Positions 17,938-27,637 of a stretch of 64,000 nt of DNA are shown one piece after another (positions within the stretch are counted from its first letter, which is position 1; every line of letters starts with the position of its first letter). The position numbers and the translations under genes are program-made. Source of the stretch: Myxococcales bacterium (GTDB taxonomy: Bacteria > Myxococcota_A > UBA9042 > JABWCM01 > BTVJ01). A model generated the notes under the pieces. That model had not been told where the DNA came from. It made no database searches and saw nothing but the letters and a program-made list of their open reading frames with translations. The stretch spans positions 64,001 to 128,000 of the forward strand of contig BTVJ01000014.1 of NCBI GenBank assembly GCA_045863395.1, given 5' to 3'.

Positions 17938-19791
17938 TCAGGGGCACGCGACCTGGGCGCCCGACGGGACGCTCAGGCCCTGGCACGACTCCACGTCGGC
18001 GGCGGGCGTGTAAGGGACGCTGGCGGTGACGCTGGTGACGGTCAGCGTGAAGGTGCCCGTGACCTGGGTCTTGAGCGAGAACACAGGCGTCAGGCCACTC
18101 GATCCCGTCGTGCCGCTCAGCGGGTAGGACGTGCCGCTCGGTGACCGGAGGTCGACCGTGACGCTCGCGCCGGCGATGGGTGCTCCCTGCGAGTTGACCA
18201 CGAGCACCTGCCCGTTGACCTGGTAGGGGTACTTGCCCTTGATGGACGTCTGCCACATCGCCACGTCCTGCACGTGGGCGCTGGAGCACTCGGTGCCCCA
18301 CACCTGCTCGCATGCCGCGGCGCAGGTGCCACCGCTCGCGCAGACGGTGGCCGGACACGTGAAGCCCACGGCCCCGCAGTCGGCGTCCGTCGTGCACGCC
18401 GGGGCCCGGCACTGCCCGCCGCAGCAGATGCCGTCGCAGGGGAGCCCGTCGTCGGGAGCGCTCGTGCACAGGCCCGTCTGGCTGTTGCACACGTCGGCGG
18501 TGCAGGGGTTGCCGTCGTCGCAGGCCGCGTCCGAGGTGCACGGGTCGACCGGGGAACCCACCCGCAGGAGGGGCTCCTGAACGCCGTCCGGGTCGTCGCC
18601 GCACTTGCCGAGGGGCCCGGCGCACGGGGCTGTCTCGGCGGCCGCAAGCAGCGCGGCGCGGACGTCGGCGGGGGTCCAGGACGGGTTCTGCGCCATCAGG
18701 CGTGCGGCTGCCCCCGCGACGTGGGGAGCCGCCATGCTCGTGCCGCTCTTGCTGCCGTACCCGCCGCCCGGCACCGTGGAGAGGATGCCCACGCCTGGGG
18801 CCATGATGTCCACGTCGTGGCCGAAGTTGCTGAAGCACGCGAAGGAGTCGTCCACGCTCTCGGTGCACGAGCTGAACGAGAACACGCCGGAGCCCAGCCC
18901 GCCCGGCGCGCCGTCGAAGTCGGCGAGGGCGGACACGGTGATCACCTCGTCGTAGGCGGCGGGGACGCTGATGGCCGCGTTGGTCGACTCGTTGCCCGCC
19001 GCCACGACGAACGTGACGCCGGCAGCCACCGCACGGCAGATGGCGATGTGCTCGGCGTCCGTGGACAGCGAGCAGTCGGTGCCGTCGGTGTCGTCGGTGC
19101 CGCCGCCGCCCAGGCTCATGTTCGCGACGTCGATGACGCCCGCGTTGGCCGTCACCCAGTCGATGCCCGCGATCACGCCGGAGCGCGTCCCGCTGCCGCT
19201 GGCGCTGAGCACCTTGACGGCGTACAGGCGCGCCCCTGGGGCCACCCCGACCACGCCGATGCCGTTGTCACGGGCAGCGATGGTACCAGCCACGTGGGTC
19301 CCGTGGCCGTTGTCGTCGTTGCCGCCCGCCTTGCAGGCGCCCGTCTTGGGGCTGGGCTTCACGCAGTCGATGCCCCCCACCACGTTGAGGTCGGGGTGGG
19401 TCAGGTCGATGCCGGTGTCGATGACCGCCACGTCCACGTCGAGGGACGAGCCGTCGAGGAGCGGCGCCGCCCCGATGCGCACGATCCCCGTGGGGATCGA
19501 CTGGGCGTAGGCCTCGACCACCGAGTCCTGCTCGATCCACGCGACGTTGGGGTTGTTCTCGAGGGCCTTGAGCGCCGCCGGGGGCAGGGAGGCGGCGAAG
19601 CCGCGCAGCGCATGGGAGTACGTCACGTGTGGCGTGACCCCATGGGCGCCGGCGAAGGCGTGGGGGTTCTTGACGCTGTCATTCAGCACGACGATGTACT
19701 GGCCGGGGATCACTTGTGCGGAGGCGGCGCTGCCCGCGGCAATCACGGACATGGTGGCCAGCGCGAGGCTGACGCGGCGAAGCGACTTCAT
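17938..19791 (-). CDS. Secreted S8 subtilisin-like serine protease with I9 prodomain and Cys-rich/Ig-like C-terminus
   Basis: Catalytic triad motifs VIDTG, HGTHVAG and GTSMAAPHV; AAGN oxyanion; IPGQYIV prodomain. Confidence 0.95.
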   Translation of the reverse strand: MKSLRRVSLALATMSVIAAGSAASAQVIPGQYIVVLNDSVKNPHAFAGAHGVTPHVTYSHALRGFAASLPPAALKALENNPNVAWIEQDSVVEAYAQSIPTGIVRIGAAPLLDGSSLDVDVAVIDTGIDLTHPDLNVVGGIDCVKPSPKTGACKAGGNDDNGHGTHVAGTIAARDNGIGVVGVAPGARLYAVKVLSASGSGTRSGVIAGIDWVTANAGVIDVANMSLGGGGTDDTDGTDCSLSTDAEHIAICRAVAAGVTFVVAAGNESTNAAISVPAAYDEVITVSALADFDGAPGGLGSGVFSFSSCTESVDDSFACFSNFGHDVDIMAPGVGILSTVPGGGYGSKSGTSMAAPHVAGAAARLMAQNPSWTPADVRAALLAAAETAPCAGPLGKCGDDPDGVQEPLLRVGSPVDPCTSDAACDDGNPCTADVCNSQTGLCTSAPDDGLPCDGICCGGQCRAPACTTDADCGAVGFTCPATVCASGGTCAAACEQVWGTECSSAHVQDVAMWQTSIKGKYPYQVNGQVLVVNSQGAPIAGASVTVDLRSPSGTSYPLSGTTGSSGLTPVFSLKTQVTGTFTLTVTSVTASVPYTPAADVESCQGLSVPSGAQVACP

Positions 19792-19987
19792 GAGGGGTCC
19801 TCCAGGACGGTTCTCGGCGGAGGCCGAGAGCTGGTTCGGGCGGGGTGCGGCGCTCACATATGCGCCTCGGCCTCCTGAGGTCAAGAGAATTCGGCGTGTG
19901 GTCGCAGGCGCCGGCTTGGCAGGCTCTGGCGGTCGCGGTGCTCGGGGAGCAGACGCCGCGGCCAGTCACGTCCGGTGGCGGCGCTGG

Positions 19988-22804
19988 TCAAGCCGGCGGC
20001 GGCCCGTCGATGGGCTCGACCCACAGGAAGGAGAACGCCGGGTCCAGGCGGTAGGCCGTCGATGACGCGCGCCGGGTGCCCGGCCCCCTCACGGTCTTGA
20101 TGTGTCGCCCGTCCTCGCCGAGCATGTCGCGGAGCCGCGAGATCGCCACCTTGAGCCGCGTGCGCGCTTTTTGATCGTAGGGTCCGGCCCCCCACACGGC
20201 CTCGGTGAGGTTCGCCGCGGGCAGGTTCTTGCCCGGGTGGGTGATCAGGGCGCGGAGCAGGGGCAGCGCCACGCGCTTCAGCTCGGCGAGCTGCACGGCG
20301 CCGCGGTGGCGGATCTCGCAGCGGCCGTCCACCTGCAGCACGGTCAGCACCGCGCCGTCTGGCTTGTGGAGCACCCGTCCGAGCTCCGACGAGTCCACGA
20401 TGCGCTCGCCCTGCGGCCCGAAGAGGCGGAAGCGGGGGCGGTTGTCCGTGTCCAGGGCCGGCGTCGGTGAGGAGAGGGGCAGCGTCACCGGCTCGGCGCC
20501 GCGCTTGAAGTAGGCCGCGCTCTCGGCCCCGCCGTCGAAGATCGCCAGCTCCAGGACGGGACGGAACCGCCGCCGCTGGCCGAAGTGGTACCCGAAGCGG
20601 TTGGCCACCGAGCACGCCTGCTCGCAGAGCAGCGTGATGCTCGCACGCACGTTGTCGCGCCCTGCCTCGTGCTGCTTGTAGTAGACCTCGGCAGTCAGCA
20701 GATCCGCGCGGGCAACGTGGTAGTGGGCGGACAGCCGGACGAGCCGATCCCGGGCCTTCTGGAGGATCCCCGGTGCCTCGTCCACGTGCCCCTCCGCCAC
20801 GGCGATGGCGGCCCGCGCCTCGTCGTGGAGGGCCGACAGGGTCGGCTCCACCCGCGCCAGGTCGCCGACCAGGCCCTGGACCCGGTCGGCCATCTCCCGC
20901 GCCTCCTCCACCTGCCCGTGCTCCGCCAGGAACGCCGCGTACGCCGTGAGGATCTCGGCGCGCAGCTTCATGTCGGCGAACCGCTCCATCACGGTGACGG
21001 CCTGCCGGAAGTGCACTCCCGCCTCGGCGGGCTGCTCCTCCGCGATGTTCAGCTCCGCGAAGACCGCCAGCGTGGTCGCGATGCCCGAGAGGCTCCCGGC
21101 GCGGCGGCGCACGCTCAGGCCCTCGCGCAGGCGGTCGCGGGCCTCGTCCCACCGGCCCTGCATGAGGTGGCACCGGGCGATGCGGGAGCTGAGGAGGCCA
21201 TAGAGGTCGGGGTCCGCCTGGCGATCGATGAGCTGCAGCGCCTGCTCGTAGTGGCGGATGGCGGTGGTGACGTCCCCCTCCCGCGCCGTGAGGAGGCCGA
21301 GCTCCTTGCGGGCGTGGGCCTCGGCGCGCGTGCGCAGCGACACGGAAGCCCCTTGGACGATGCGGTCGAGGGCCTCCCGCGCCTGCTCGTGGTGGCCCGC
21401 CTCGAGGAGCAGCCGCGCCCGGAGCTGGAACAGGTCGAAGCGCATGGCCTCCGCCGCCTCCAGGTCGTCGGCGGCCAGCTCGGGCGGCGCCTCGTCGAGG
21501 GAGCGCAGGGCCCGCTGGCAGAAGGTATCGGCCTCCCGTGAGAGCCCGCGCAGCCACGCGGTGTGCGCCTGGACGGCCGCTACCCGGGCGCGGGCGACCG
21601 CGAGCTGGCCCGTCCCTTGGGCCGCCATCTCACGCATGCTGCGCTCGCACCGGAGCAGCGCCTGCCGCGACCCGGACCAGTCCCCCGCCTCCGCCCGGAC
21701 GCGGGCCAGCATGGCGGTGGTCCGGAAGGGCAGCGGCCCGATCTCTCGCTCCAGGAGGTCCAGCCACCCGCGGAGGCGCTCGGCGGCGACCACCTCCAGC
21801 AGACGATCCGCGTGGAGCTGCATGTGGCCGAGGGCGGCTCGCAGGTCCCCGGCGGCCAGGAAGTGGGCGACCACGTCGGCGGCGGCGCCCTCGGGATCGC
21901 GCTGGGCCAGGTGCTCGGCGGCGCGGCGGTGCGCCTGGAGCACGGCGGCCTGGTCCTTGCGCCAGATCATGGCGCGCAGGGACTCGCGGAGCAGTGGCGC
22001 GCGGAATGTCACCACGCCCTGCCGGTTGACCACGAGCTGGTGCGCCGTCATGACGTCCGCAACGTGCCGCGCCCGGTCCGCGTCTCCCAGCACGGCGCGC
22101 AGCGCGGCGGGATCGGGCCGCCGGAGGACCGCGGCGCACCCCATGGCGTCCATGTCCTGGGAGGCCACGCCGCGCAGGATGTCGGTGCGGACGTAGCGCA
22201 CGAGGTGCTCCGGGGGATCCTCCAGGCGCAGCAGCTCACGCAGGCGCTCCACGGAGCCATCCAGGGGCACGATGCCGCCCAGCAGCGCCGGCCAGCCCGC
22301 CGTCACCTCGTGGGTCTCGTCGACGAGGTCCTCCGGCACCGGCTCGACGAGCCCCTGGTCGAGGACGCGGCGCGTCTCGTCGCGCTCGAAGGCGAGGCGG
22401 TCCGGGCCGAGGCGGTGCAGGTCCACGCTGGCCAGCAGGTCGAGCAGCGCGGGCTGGACGGGAGAGCCGCTGATCAGCACGACCACGCGGTTCGGATCGG
22501 CCAGGACGACGTCGGCCAGGCGGCGGGTGCCCGCGGGGTCGAGGGCCGACACGCCCCGGACGACGAGCGGGCCCGCCGGCGCAGGCCCGCGCACCAGGTC
22601 ACTGGCTTCCACGTCGGCGGCCCCGGGGATCGCCGCAGCGAGACCCGACGCCAGGAAGGACTTGCCGAACCCCGCGGGTGCCGCGATCAGGCACGCGGGT
22701 GGTCCCTGGATGACCCGCTGCAGGAGCCCGGGTCTGTCTATGCGTGGCTGGATGTCCTTTTCACTCTCCAGGCCATCCCATGCAGCGTTCATGCGGTCCT
22801 CCAT
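19988..22804 (-). CDS. MalT-like STAND/TPR transcriptional regulator with C-terminal OmpR/PhoB-type winged helix
   Basis: APAGFGKS, LAFERDE, TAGWPALL, TPR array, and C-terminal LTEAVWG...LKVAISRLRDML...IKTVRG...YRL. AGGAG RBS before ATG 22804. Confidence 0.85.
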   Translation of the reverse strand: MEDRMNAAWDGLESEKDIQPRIDRPGLLQRVIQGPPACLIAAPAGFGKSFLASGLAAAIPGAADVEASDLVRGPAPAGPLVVRGVSALDPAGTRRLADVVLADPNRVVVLISGSPVQPALLDLLASVDLHRLGPDRLAFERDETRRVLDQGLVEPVPEDLVDETHEVTAGWPALLGGIVPLDGSVERLRELLRLEDPPEHLVRYVRTDILRGVASQDMDAMGCAAVLRRPDPAALRAVLGDADRARHVADVMTAHQLVVNRQGVVTFRAPLLRESLRAMIWRKDQAAVLQAHRRAAEHLAQRDPEGAAADVVAHFLAAGDLRAALGHMQLHADRLLEVVAAERLRGWLDLLEREIGPLPFRTTAMLARVRAEAGDWSGSRQALLRCERSMREMAAQGTGQLAVARARVAAVQAHTAWLRGLSREADTFCQRALRSLDEAPPELAADDLEAAEAMRFDLFQLRARLLLEAGHHEQAREALDRIVQGASVSLRTRAEAHARKELGLLTAREGDVTTAIRHYEQALQLIDRQADPDLYGLLSSRIARCHLMQGRWDEARDRLREGLSVRRRAGSLSGIATTLAVFAELNIAEEQPAEAGVHFRQAVTVMERFADMKLRAEILTAYAAFLAEHGQVEEAREMADRVQGLVGDLARVEPTLSALHDEARAAIAVAEGHVDEAPGILQKARDRLVRLSAHYHVARADLLTAEVYYKQHEAGRDNVRASITLLCEQACSVANRFGYHFGQRRRFRPVLELAIFDGGAESAAYFKRGAEPVTLPLSSPTPALDTDNRPRFRLFGPQGERIVDSSELGRVLHKPDGAVLTVLQVDGRCEIRHRGAVQLAELKRVALPLLRALITHPGKNLPAANLTEAVWGAGPYDQKARTRLKVAISRLRDMLGEDGRHIKTVRGPGTRRASSTAYRLDPAFSFLWVEPIDGPPPA

Positions 22805-22851
22805 GCTCCTCAGACCTCGGTCCCCACCCACGGGGGGCATGACGGTTGCAT

Positions 22852-22880
22852 TGTAACCAGCCTGTAACCGCTTGGCAACA
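22852..22880 (-). promoter_or_regulatory. 11-bp-periodic direct repeats upstream of the regulator, candidate operator
   Basis: Plus strand TGTAACC (22852), TGTAACC (22863), GGCAACA (22874); overlaps a minus-strand TACAAT -10-like hexamer. Confidence 0.55.
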
Positions 22881-22935
22881 TCTTGACGCTTGATTGTGTG
22901 CGGTGCGGGTGCTCAGCGCGGGGGAGCCGGGCGCG

Positions 22936-23691
22936 TCAGGGGGCGCCGGGGAGCGTGCCCAGGGACGCGAGGCGGCTCGCGATGTCAGGGTCCGCAAGGA
23001 AGGACCAGACGCGACCGTCGGAGAGGACGGTGCCCCAGGCCCCCTCCAGGATGGCGCGGACGACCAGGGGATCCTCGAGGAAGGACGCCTTCGGGTGGCG
23101 CGCCAGCGCGGCATAGGCGGCGATGCGCTCTGCGTCCTCGGGGCTCGCGGAGCCGTCCCCCATGGCGAGGGTCCGGGCGGATGTCACCACCGCCTGTAGC
23201 GCCTCGACGTCGGGGATCTGGATGAACTGGAAGAAGCTGTGACGTGCTGCGATCCGCGCGGCGACCGAGCTGCTCAGGTCCAGGGCGGGGACCTCGGAGC
23301 CGAAGCGCGCGCCGGCGATGGCGAGGCCGCTGACGCCGATCCAGGCGAAGAGCCCCGCGGTGGCCACTCCGACGGTCGCACCCAGGAGGCGGTCGAAGCC
23401 CCCCACGATGCTGTCGCCCGGCGCCAGGAGCCGCGCGATGAGGCGGGCAGCCAGGCGCAGCCCTACCAAGGCCGCGACGAAGATGACGGTGAAGGCGGTC
23501 GCGAGCCCCCCGAGCCCTGACAGGCCGAGGGCTCCCGCGACCAGGGGACCCAGAGGATCGCTGGCCTTCACGGCGACGACCGCCGCCAAGACGAGGGCGA
23601 CGAGGCGAAGCGCCATGAGCAGCGCCCCGCTCCGCCACCCGATGACACCGAAGGCCGCGACGAGGGCGACGACGAGCAGGTCCAGCCACAT
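22936..23691 (-). CDS. CvpA (colicin V production) family membrane protein
   Basis: MWLDLLVV...GWRSG, four TM segments, FDRLLGATVG. Confidence 0.8.
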   Translation of the reverse strand: MWLDLLVVALVAAFGVIGWRSGALLMALRLVALVLAAVVAVKASDPLGPLVAGALGLSGLGGLATAFTVIFVAALVGLRLAARLIARLLAPGDSIVGGFDRLLGATVGVATAGLFAWIGVSGLAIAGARFGSEVPALDLSSSVAARIAARHSFFQFIQIPDVEALQAVVTSARTLAMGDGSASPEDAERIAAYAALARHPKASFLEDPLVVRAILEGAWGTVLSDGRVWSFLADPDIASRLASLGTLPGAP

Positions 23692-24103
23692 CGCGCGGAT
23701 GGTACGCTCCCGCCCTTTGCAGCGCAATTTCACAGCGTTCTCTCGGCCTCGGGGTGGCCTGCCCGCCGAAGCGTCTGCCAGCGGCCCCGGTTGCAGCGTC
23801 GGCCGTCGAGAGGAGCGAAGATCGCTGTTGCGTCCCCTCGGTGAGGGCTCCTATACTCGCGCGACGACACGGCTGAGGTGGATGACCTCCACGGTTTTCG
23901 GGGGGTTGGCTGCTCGTGAGCGGCGGGCCGTGCCGTCGTGCTCGCCCTTCGCCCTCCGGGACCCGCGACCCCGATGCGGGTGAAGGCATGGCGCGAGGGG
24001 AGCGCCATGGGGTGCGGGGGCCTCGCGGAGGAGTGCTGCTGGCGGGGTGAGCGATCACCCCGGGCGCAGCGCGTGGAGCGTCGACAGGCCCAGGTAGAGA
24101 GGA

Positions 24104-26524
24104 ATGGACACAGAGATCCAGAGGGCAGTCCGGGTGGCGCGTGTCGACCTGGAGCGTGCGCTCCGCATGGCGCTCCAGGGCATGGGCCCGGCGGCCGTGC
24201 TCGCGGCCGCGTCGGATGCCGCAGACGGAGGCAGCGAGGCGGACGCCCTCGCCGTCCTGAGTGAGGCGGCGCGCCTCGCCATGCACTCGCCCGAGCGCAG
24301 CGTAGACGACCTGCTCGCCGAGTGCCTGACCACCGAGTGGATGACCGCAGCGGGTGCCCGGCTCTATCGGGTGTCGCTGAAGCCCGGCCAGGCCGTGACC
24401 GACGCCCACCGTCGGCTGCTGGGCGGGGCCCTGGTGGTCGAGCTGGACAGCGTCGGTCCTGATCGGGTGTGGGCGGGGTGGGTCGACGTGGTCCGCGGGA
24501 TACACGTGGCCTTCTCGCGAGTGGAGGGCGCCCCTCGCGTGCGGCGGGTCGGTCCTGAGGAGGGGCGGCTGGTCGCCACGGTCGCCCGCGCCATCGAGGC
24601 CCGCGCGTCGCGGGGGCTCAGCGTGACCGGCCTGTGGGACCGCCTGGAGGCCCTCGGGGATGCACCCAACACGGACTTCCTGGCTGCCGCGGAGGACGTG
24701 GCCCGCCTGTCGCCAGACGAGGCGGCGGTGCTGTACGACCTCTGCGTGGCCCACCTGGACGCCGAGCGCAGCAGCCCGGACGCCCAGGCGGCCCGAGCGG
24801 CCCTCGATGAGCTGATCGCAGGCTCCGGGGTGTCGCTGGCCTGCGAGTCCGTCGACGCGCTGCTGCAGCTCCTGCGGGGAGGTCCGGTCCGCTGCGACCT
24901 GGTCGGGGCGCTGGCAGGCGCCGAGGAGCAGGGGCACGGCCTGTCGGGGGTCCTCGGGCACCTGGAGACGCTCCATCAGAAGGTGACGGGGGCGCCGCTG
25001 CGCACCTCGCTCAGGGAGCGACGGGAGCGCTGCGCGGCGCTCTGCGAGCGCGTCGGGACGCTCCAGAGTGAGGTCGAGGAGGTCCCCGAGCTCCCGTTCG
25101 ACCATGATCGCGACACGTCCTCCGGGCTCCCCCCGGTGCTCCTCTCCGTGGAGGAGGCGCCGCTGGGCGGCCCCGAGAGCGAGGACGCGCCGTCCGCCTT
25201 CTGGGAGCCGGAGATCCCGTCCGCGGTCGCCCAGGCGCCCCTCGAGCCCTCGGTGGCTGCCCTCCTGCCGCGGCGGGAGCCGCAGGACCTCGCCGCGCTG
25301 GATCCCGTCGACATCTCCGTGGTGCGCGAGCGGGAGCTGGAGGCGCAGCTCATCGCCAGCGACGAGGCCCGCGAGCACGTCAGGAGCGACGCGGCGGCGC
25401 TGGACCTGGAGCTCGAGCGGGTGCGGAGGGAGCTGCGCCAGGCGCGCCGTGAGGCCGAGGCCCTGCGGCGGGAGAGGGCGGTGCTCATGGGCCGCGTGGA
25501 CGGCGCGATGCGCATGTTGACCGGCACTCAGGGCTCCGTCGTGCAGCTCCTGGCCGCGATCGACGGGTCACCCGGCACCCCGGGCGCTCTCCTGGAGCCG
25601 GCCGGCACGTCGCCGGGCCTCACCCGCTTTGCCATCGGCACCGCGGTCGCCTTGCTCGTCGCCGCGGTCCTGATCGTCGCCTACCTGCCGTCTCGCCAGA
25701 CCACCGCCACGGGCCCCGTGATGCGACCTGCCGCCTCGGCGCCCCGCTCCAAGGCCGGGCTGGCCTTCGCCGCGGCCCGCCCGCAGGCGCCCGCGCCCGT
25801 CACCGAGGCCGCCCCTGCCGCGCCGGAGTCCCCGGCTGCAAGCGACGAGGAGCTCCCTCCCGAGGAGCCGCAGGCCGCTGCAGAGCCGGCCGAGCTGCCG
25901 CCTGGCTTCGAGGCGTCGCTGATGCTCACGCGGCGCTCCAAGGCCTTCGTCCATGGCGACCGCCGCACACGGGTCGTGATGGAGCTGCCCGAGGGGCCTC
26001 GGCTGGTCGGAGCGTGCGTGGCGGCGCGCTCCACGCCGGAGGCCGTGGGCTCGCCGGTGTACCCTGGCTACGAGCCCATCGTCATCCCATGCACGGGGTC
26101 CTACCGGGACGTGTGCGATGCCCTGGGCTGTGACGACGCCGCGGATCGGTGCGACGTGGCGGTGTCCGTCGTGGCGCCCTGCGGCGCCGATCCTCCACCC
26201 GTCGGCGGCGGGCCGGCCTCCGCGGCGGCACCTCGCTTCGAGCCCACCCTTGCGCTGGGCGCCCGGTCCAAGATCTACTCCCGCCAGTCGCGGGACGCGG
26301 TGGAGCTCGCCAGTCTGCAGGGAGGCTCCGCGGTCCTGGGCCGCTGCCTCTTCGCGACGGCGTCGCCCGACGCCGCCGGCGCCAAGGCGTGGCCCGGCTA
26401 TGAGCCCATGTCCGTCCGGTGCGACGCCGACACCGCGGGGCTCTGCGAGGCCCTGGGCTGCATCAACCCGGACGGGGTCTGCCACGTGCTCGCGTCGGGC
26501 GCGAGGGCGTGCAGCCCCCGGTGA
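24104..26524 (+). CDS. Bitopic membrane protein: cytoplasmic domain, coiled coil, single TM, two tandem Cys-rich external domains
   Basis: GAGAGG RBS, coiled coil LDLELERVRRELRQARREAEAL, TM FAIGTAVALLVAAVLIVAY, duplicated PGYEP...C..LGC domain. Confidence 0.7.
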   Translation: MDTEIQRAVRVARVDLERALRMALQGMGPAAVLAAASDAADGGSEADALAVLSEAARLAMHSPERSVDDLLAECLTTEWMTAAGARLYRVSLKPGQAVTDAHRRLLGGALVVELDSVGPDRVWAGWVDVVRGIHVAFSRVEGAPRVRRVGPEEGRLVATVARAIEARASRGLSVTGLWDRLEALGDAPNTDFLAAAEDVARLSPDEAAVLYDLCVAHLDAERSSPDAQAARAALDELIAGSGVSLACESVDALLQLLRGGPVRCDLVGALAGAEEQGHGLSGVLGHLETLHQKVTGAPLRTSLRERRERCAALCERVGTLQSEVEEVPELPFDHDRDTSSGLPPVLLSVEEAPLGGPESEDAPSAFWEPEIPSAVAQAPLEPSVAALLPRREPQDLAALDPVDISVVRERELEAQLIASDEAREHVRSDAAALDLELERVRRELRQARREAEALRRERAVLMGRVDGAMRMLTGTQGSVVQLLAAIDGSPGTPGALLEPAGTSPGLTRFAIGTAVALLVAAVLIVAYLPSRQTTATGPVMRPAASAPRSKAGLAFAAARPQAPAPVTEAAPAAPESPAASDEELPPEEPQAAAEPAELPPGFEASLMLTRRSKAFVHGDRRTRVVMELPEGPRLVGACVAARSTPEAVGSPVYPGYEPIVIPCTGSYRDVCDALGCDDAADRCDVAVSVVAPCGADPPPVGGGPASAAAPRFEPTLALGARSKIYSRQSRDAVELASLQGGSAVLGRCLFATASPDAAGAKAWPGYEPMSVRCDADTAGLCEALGCINPDGVCHVLASGARACSPR

Positions 26525-26637
26525 GGGGCCACGGGCGTCGTCCGCTCCGGACGGTGCGCCGCGGCCGATTTCTCGTTTACATGGGTCCCGTTCTCTTCTA
26601 GAGTCCGGCCCGCACCGACCCCCCACACGGAGGCACC

Positions 26638-27588
26638 ATGCCCCTGTTCAGTCGCAAGGACGCCACGCTGGTCAAGACGACCTCCCGCGTGCGCCGGATG
26701 ATCCCCTACCTGATGAAGGGACGGAACGAGAGCATCGTGTACCACGAGCAGCTCGTCGACCTGACCGAGACCCTGCCGTTCATCGAGGAGTGGAACCGGA
26801 CCCACGACAAGCCCATCACGGTCTTCCATGTGGCCATGGCGGGCATCGCCAAGGGCCTCATCGCGCGGCCGGGGCTCAACCGGTTCATCTCGGGCGGCAA
26901 CACCTGGCAGCGCAACAAGGTCGAGCTCTCCTTCGCCGCGAAGAAGCAGGTCAGCAAGGACTACTCGCCGCTCGTGACGGTGAAGCTCGACGGCATCCCG
27001 GACGAGCCCTTCTCCGAGACCGTGCGGCGCCTCCACGAGTCGGTCGGCGAGGCGCGGGACACGAAGCTCAAGCCCGTGGACAAGGAGGTGAAGCTCCTGC
27101 TGAAGCTCCCCGGGTTCGTGCTCCGGCTCATCATGTGGCTGGCGCGCTCGCTGGACGACTGGAACCTGTTCCCCTACGCCATGATCAAGAACGACCCGCT
27201 GTTCGCGAGCATCTTCGTCGCGAACCTGGGCTCGGTGGGCATCGACCGGACCTGGCACCACCTCTACGAGTACGGCAACATCGGGCTGTTCTGCGTGCTC
27301 AACGCCGTGTGCAAGGAGGTCGTGGCCGACGAGAACGACCAGCCCGTCGTGAAGAACATGGTGCGCATGCGGTTCGCCTTCGACGAGCGCATCAACGACG
27401 GCCACTACTGCGCAGCCTCCCTCGCCATCATGCGGGACTATGTGGAGCACCCGCGCCGGTTCCTGGAGGAGGAGACCGCCAGGACCGACGTGGCGGCGAG
27501 CATCGCGGAGGACGCCAGGCGGGCAGCGGAGGCGTTCGAGTACGAGCGAGCGGCGGACGAGGCGGACGCGAAGCGGAAGGCGGGCTGA
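26638..27588 (+). CDS. Stand-alone 2-oxoacid dehydrogenase acyltransferase (E2 catalytic-domain-like) protein, no lipoyl domain
   Basis: RPGLNRF, ANLGSVG, FAFDERINDG in place of the canonical DHRxxDG; GGAGG RBS. Confidence 0.82.
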   Translation: MPLFSRKDATLVKTTSRVRRMIPYLMKGRNESIVYHEQLVDLTETLPFIEEWNRTHDKPITVFHVAMAGIAKGLIARPGLNRFISGGNTWQRNKVELSFAAKKQVSKDYSPLVTVKLDGIPDEPFSETVRRLHESVGEARDTKLKPVDKEVKLLLKLPGFVLRLIMWLARSLDDWNLFPYAMIKNDPLFASIFVANLGSVGIDRTWHHLYEYGNIGLFCVLNAVCKEVVADENDQPVVKNMVRMRFAFDERINDGHYCAASLAIMRDYVEHPRRFLEEETARTDVAASIAEDARRAAEAFEYERAADEADAKRKAG

Positions 27589-27637
27589 TACGGGGGGCAC
27601 CTTGCACTCCATTCCCAGGTAGAGCAGGGACGACCTG

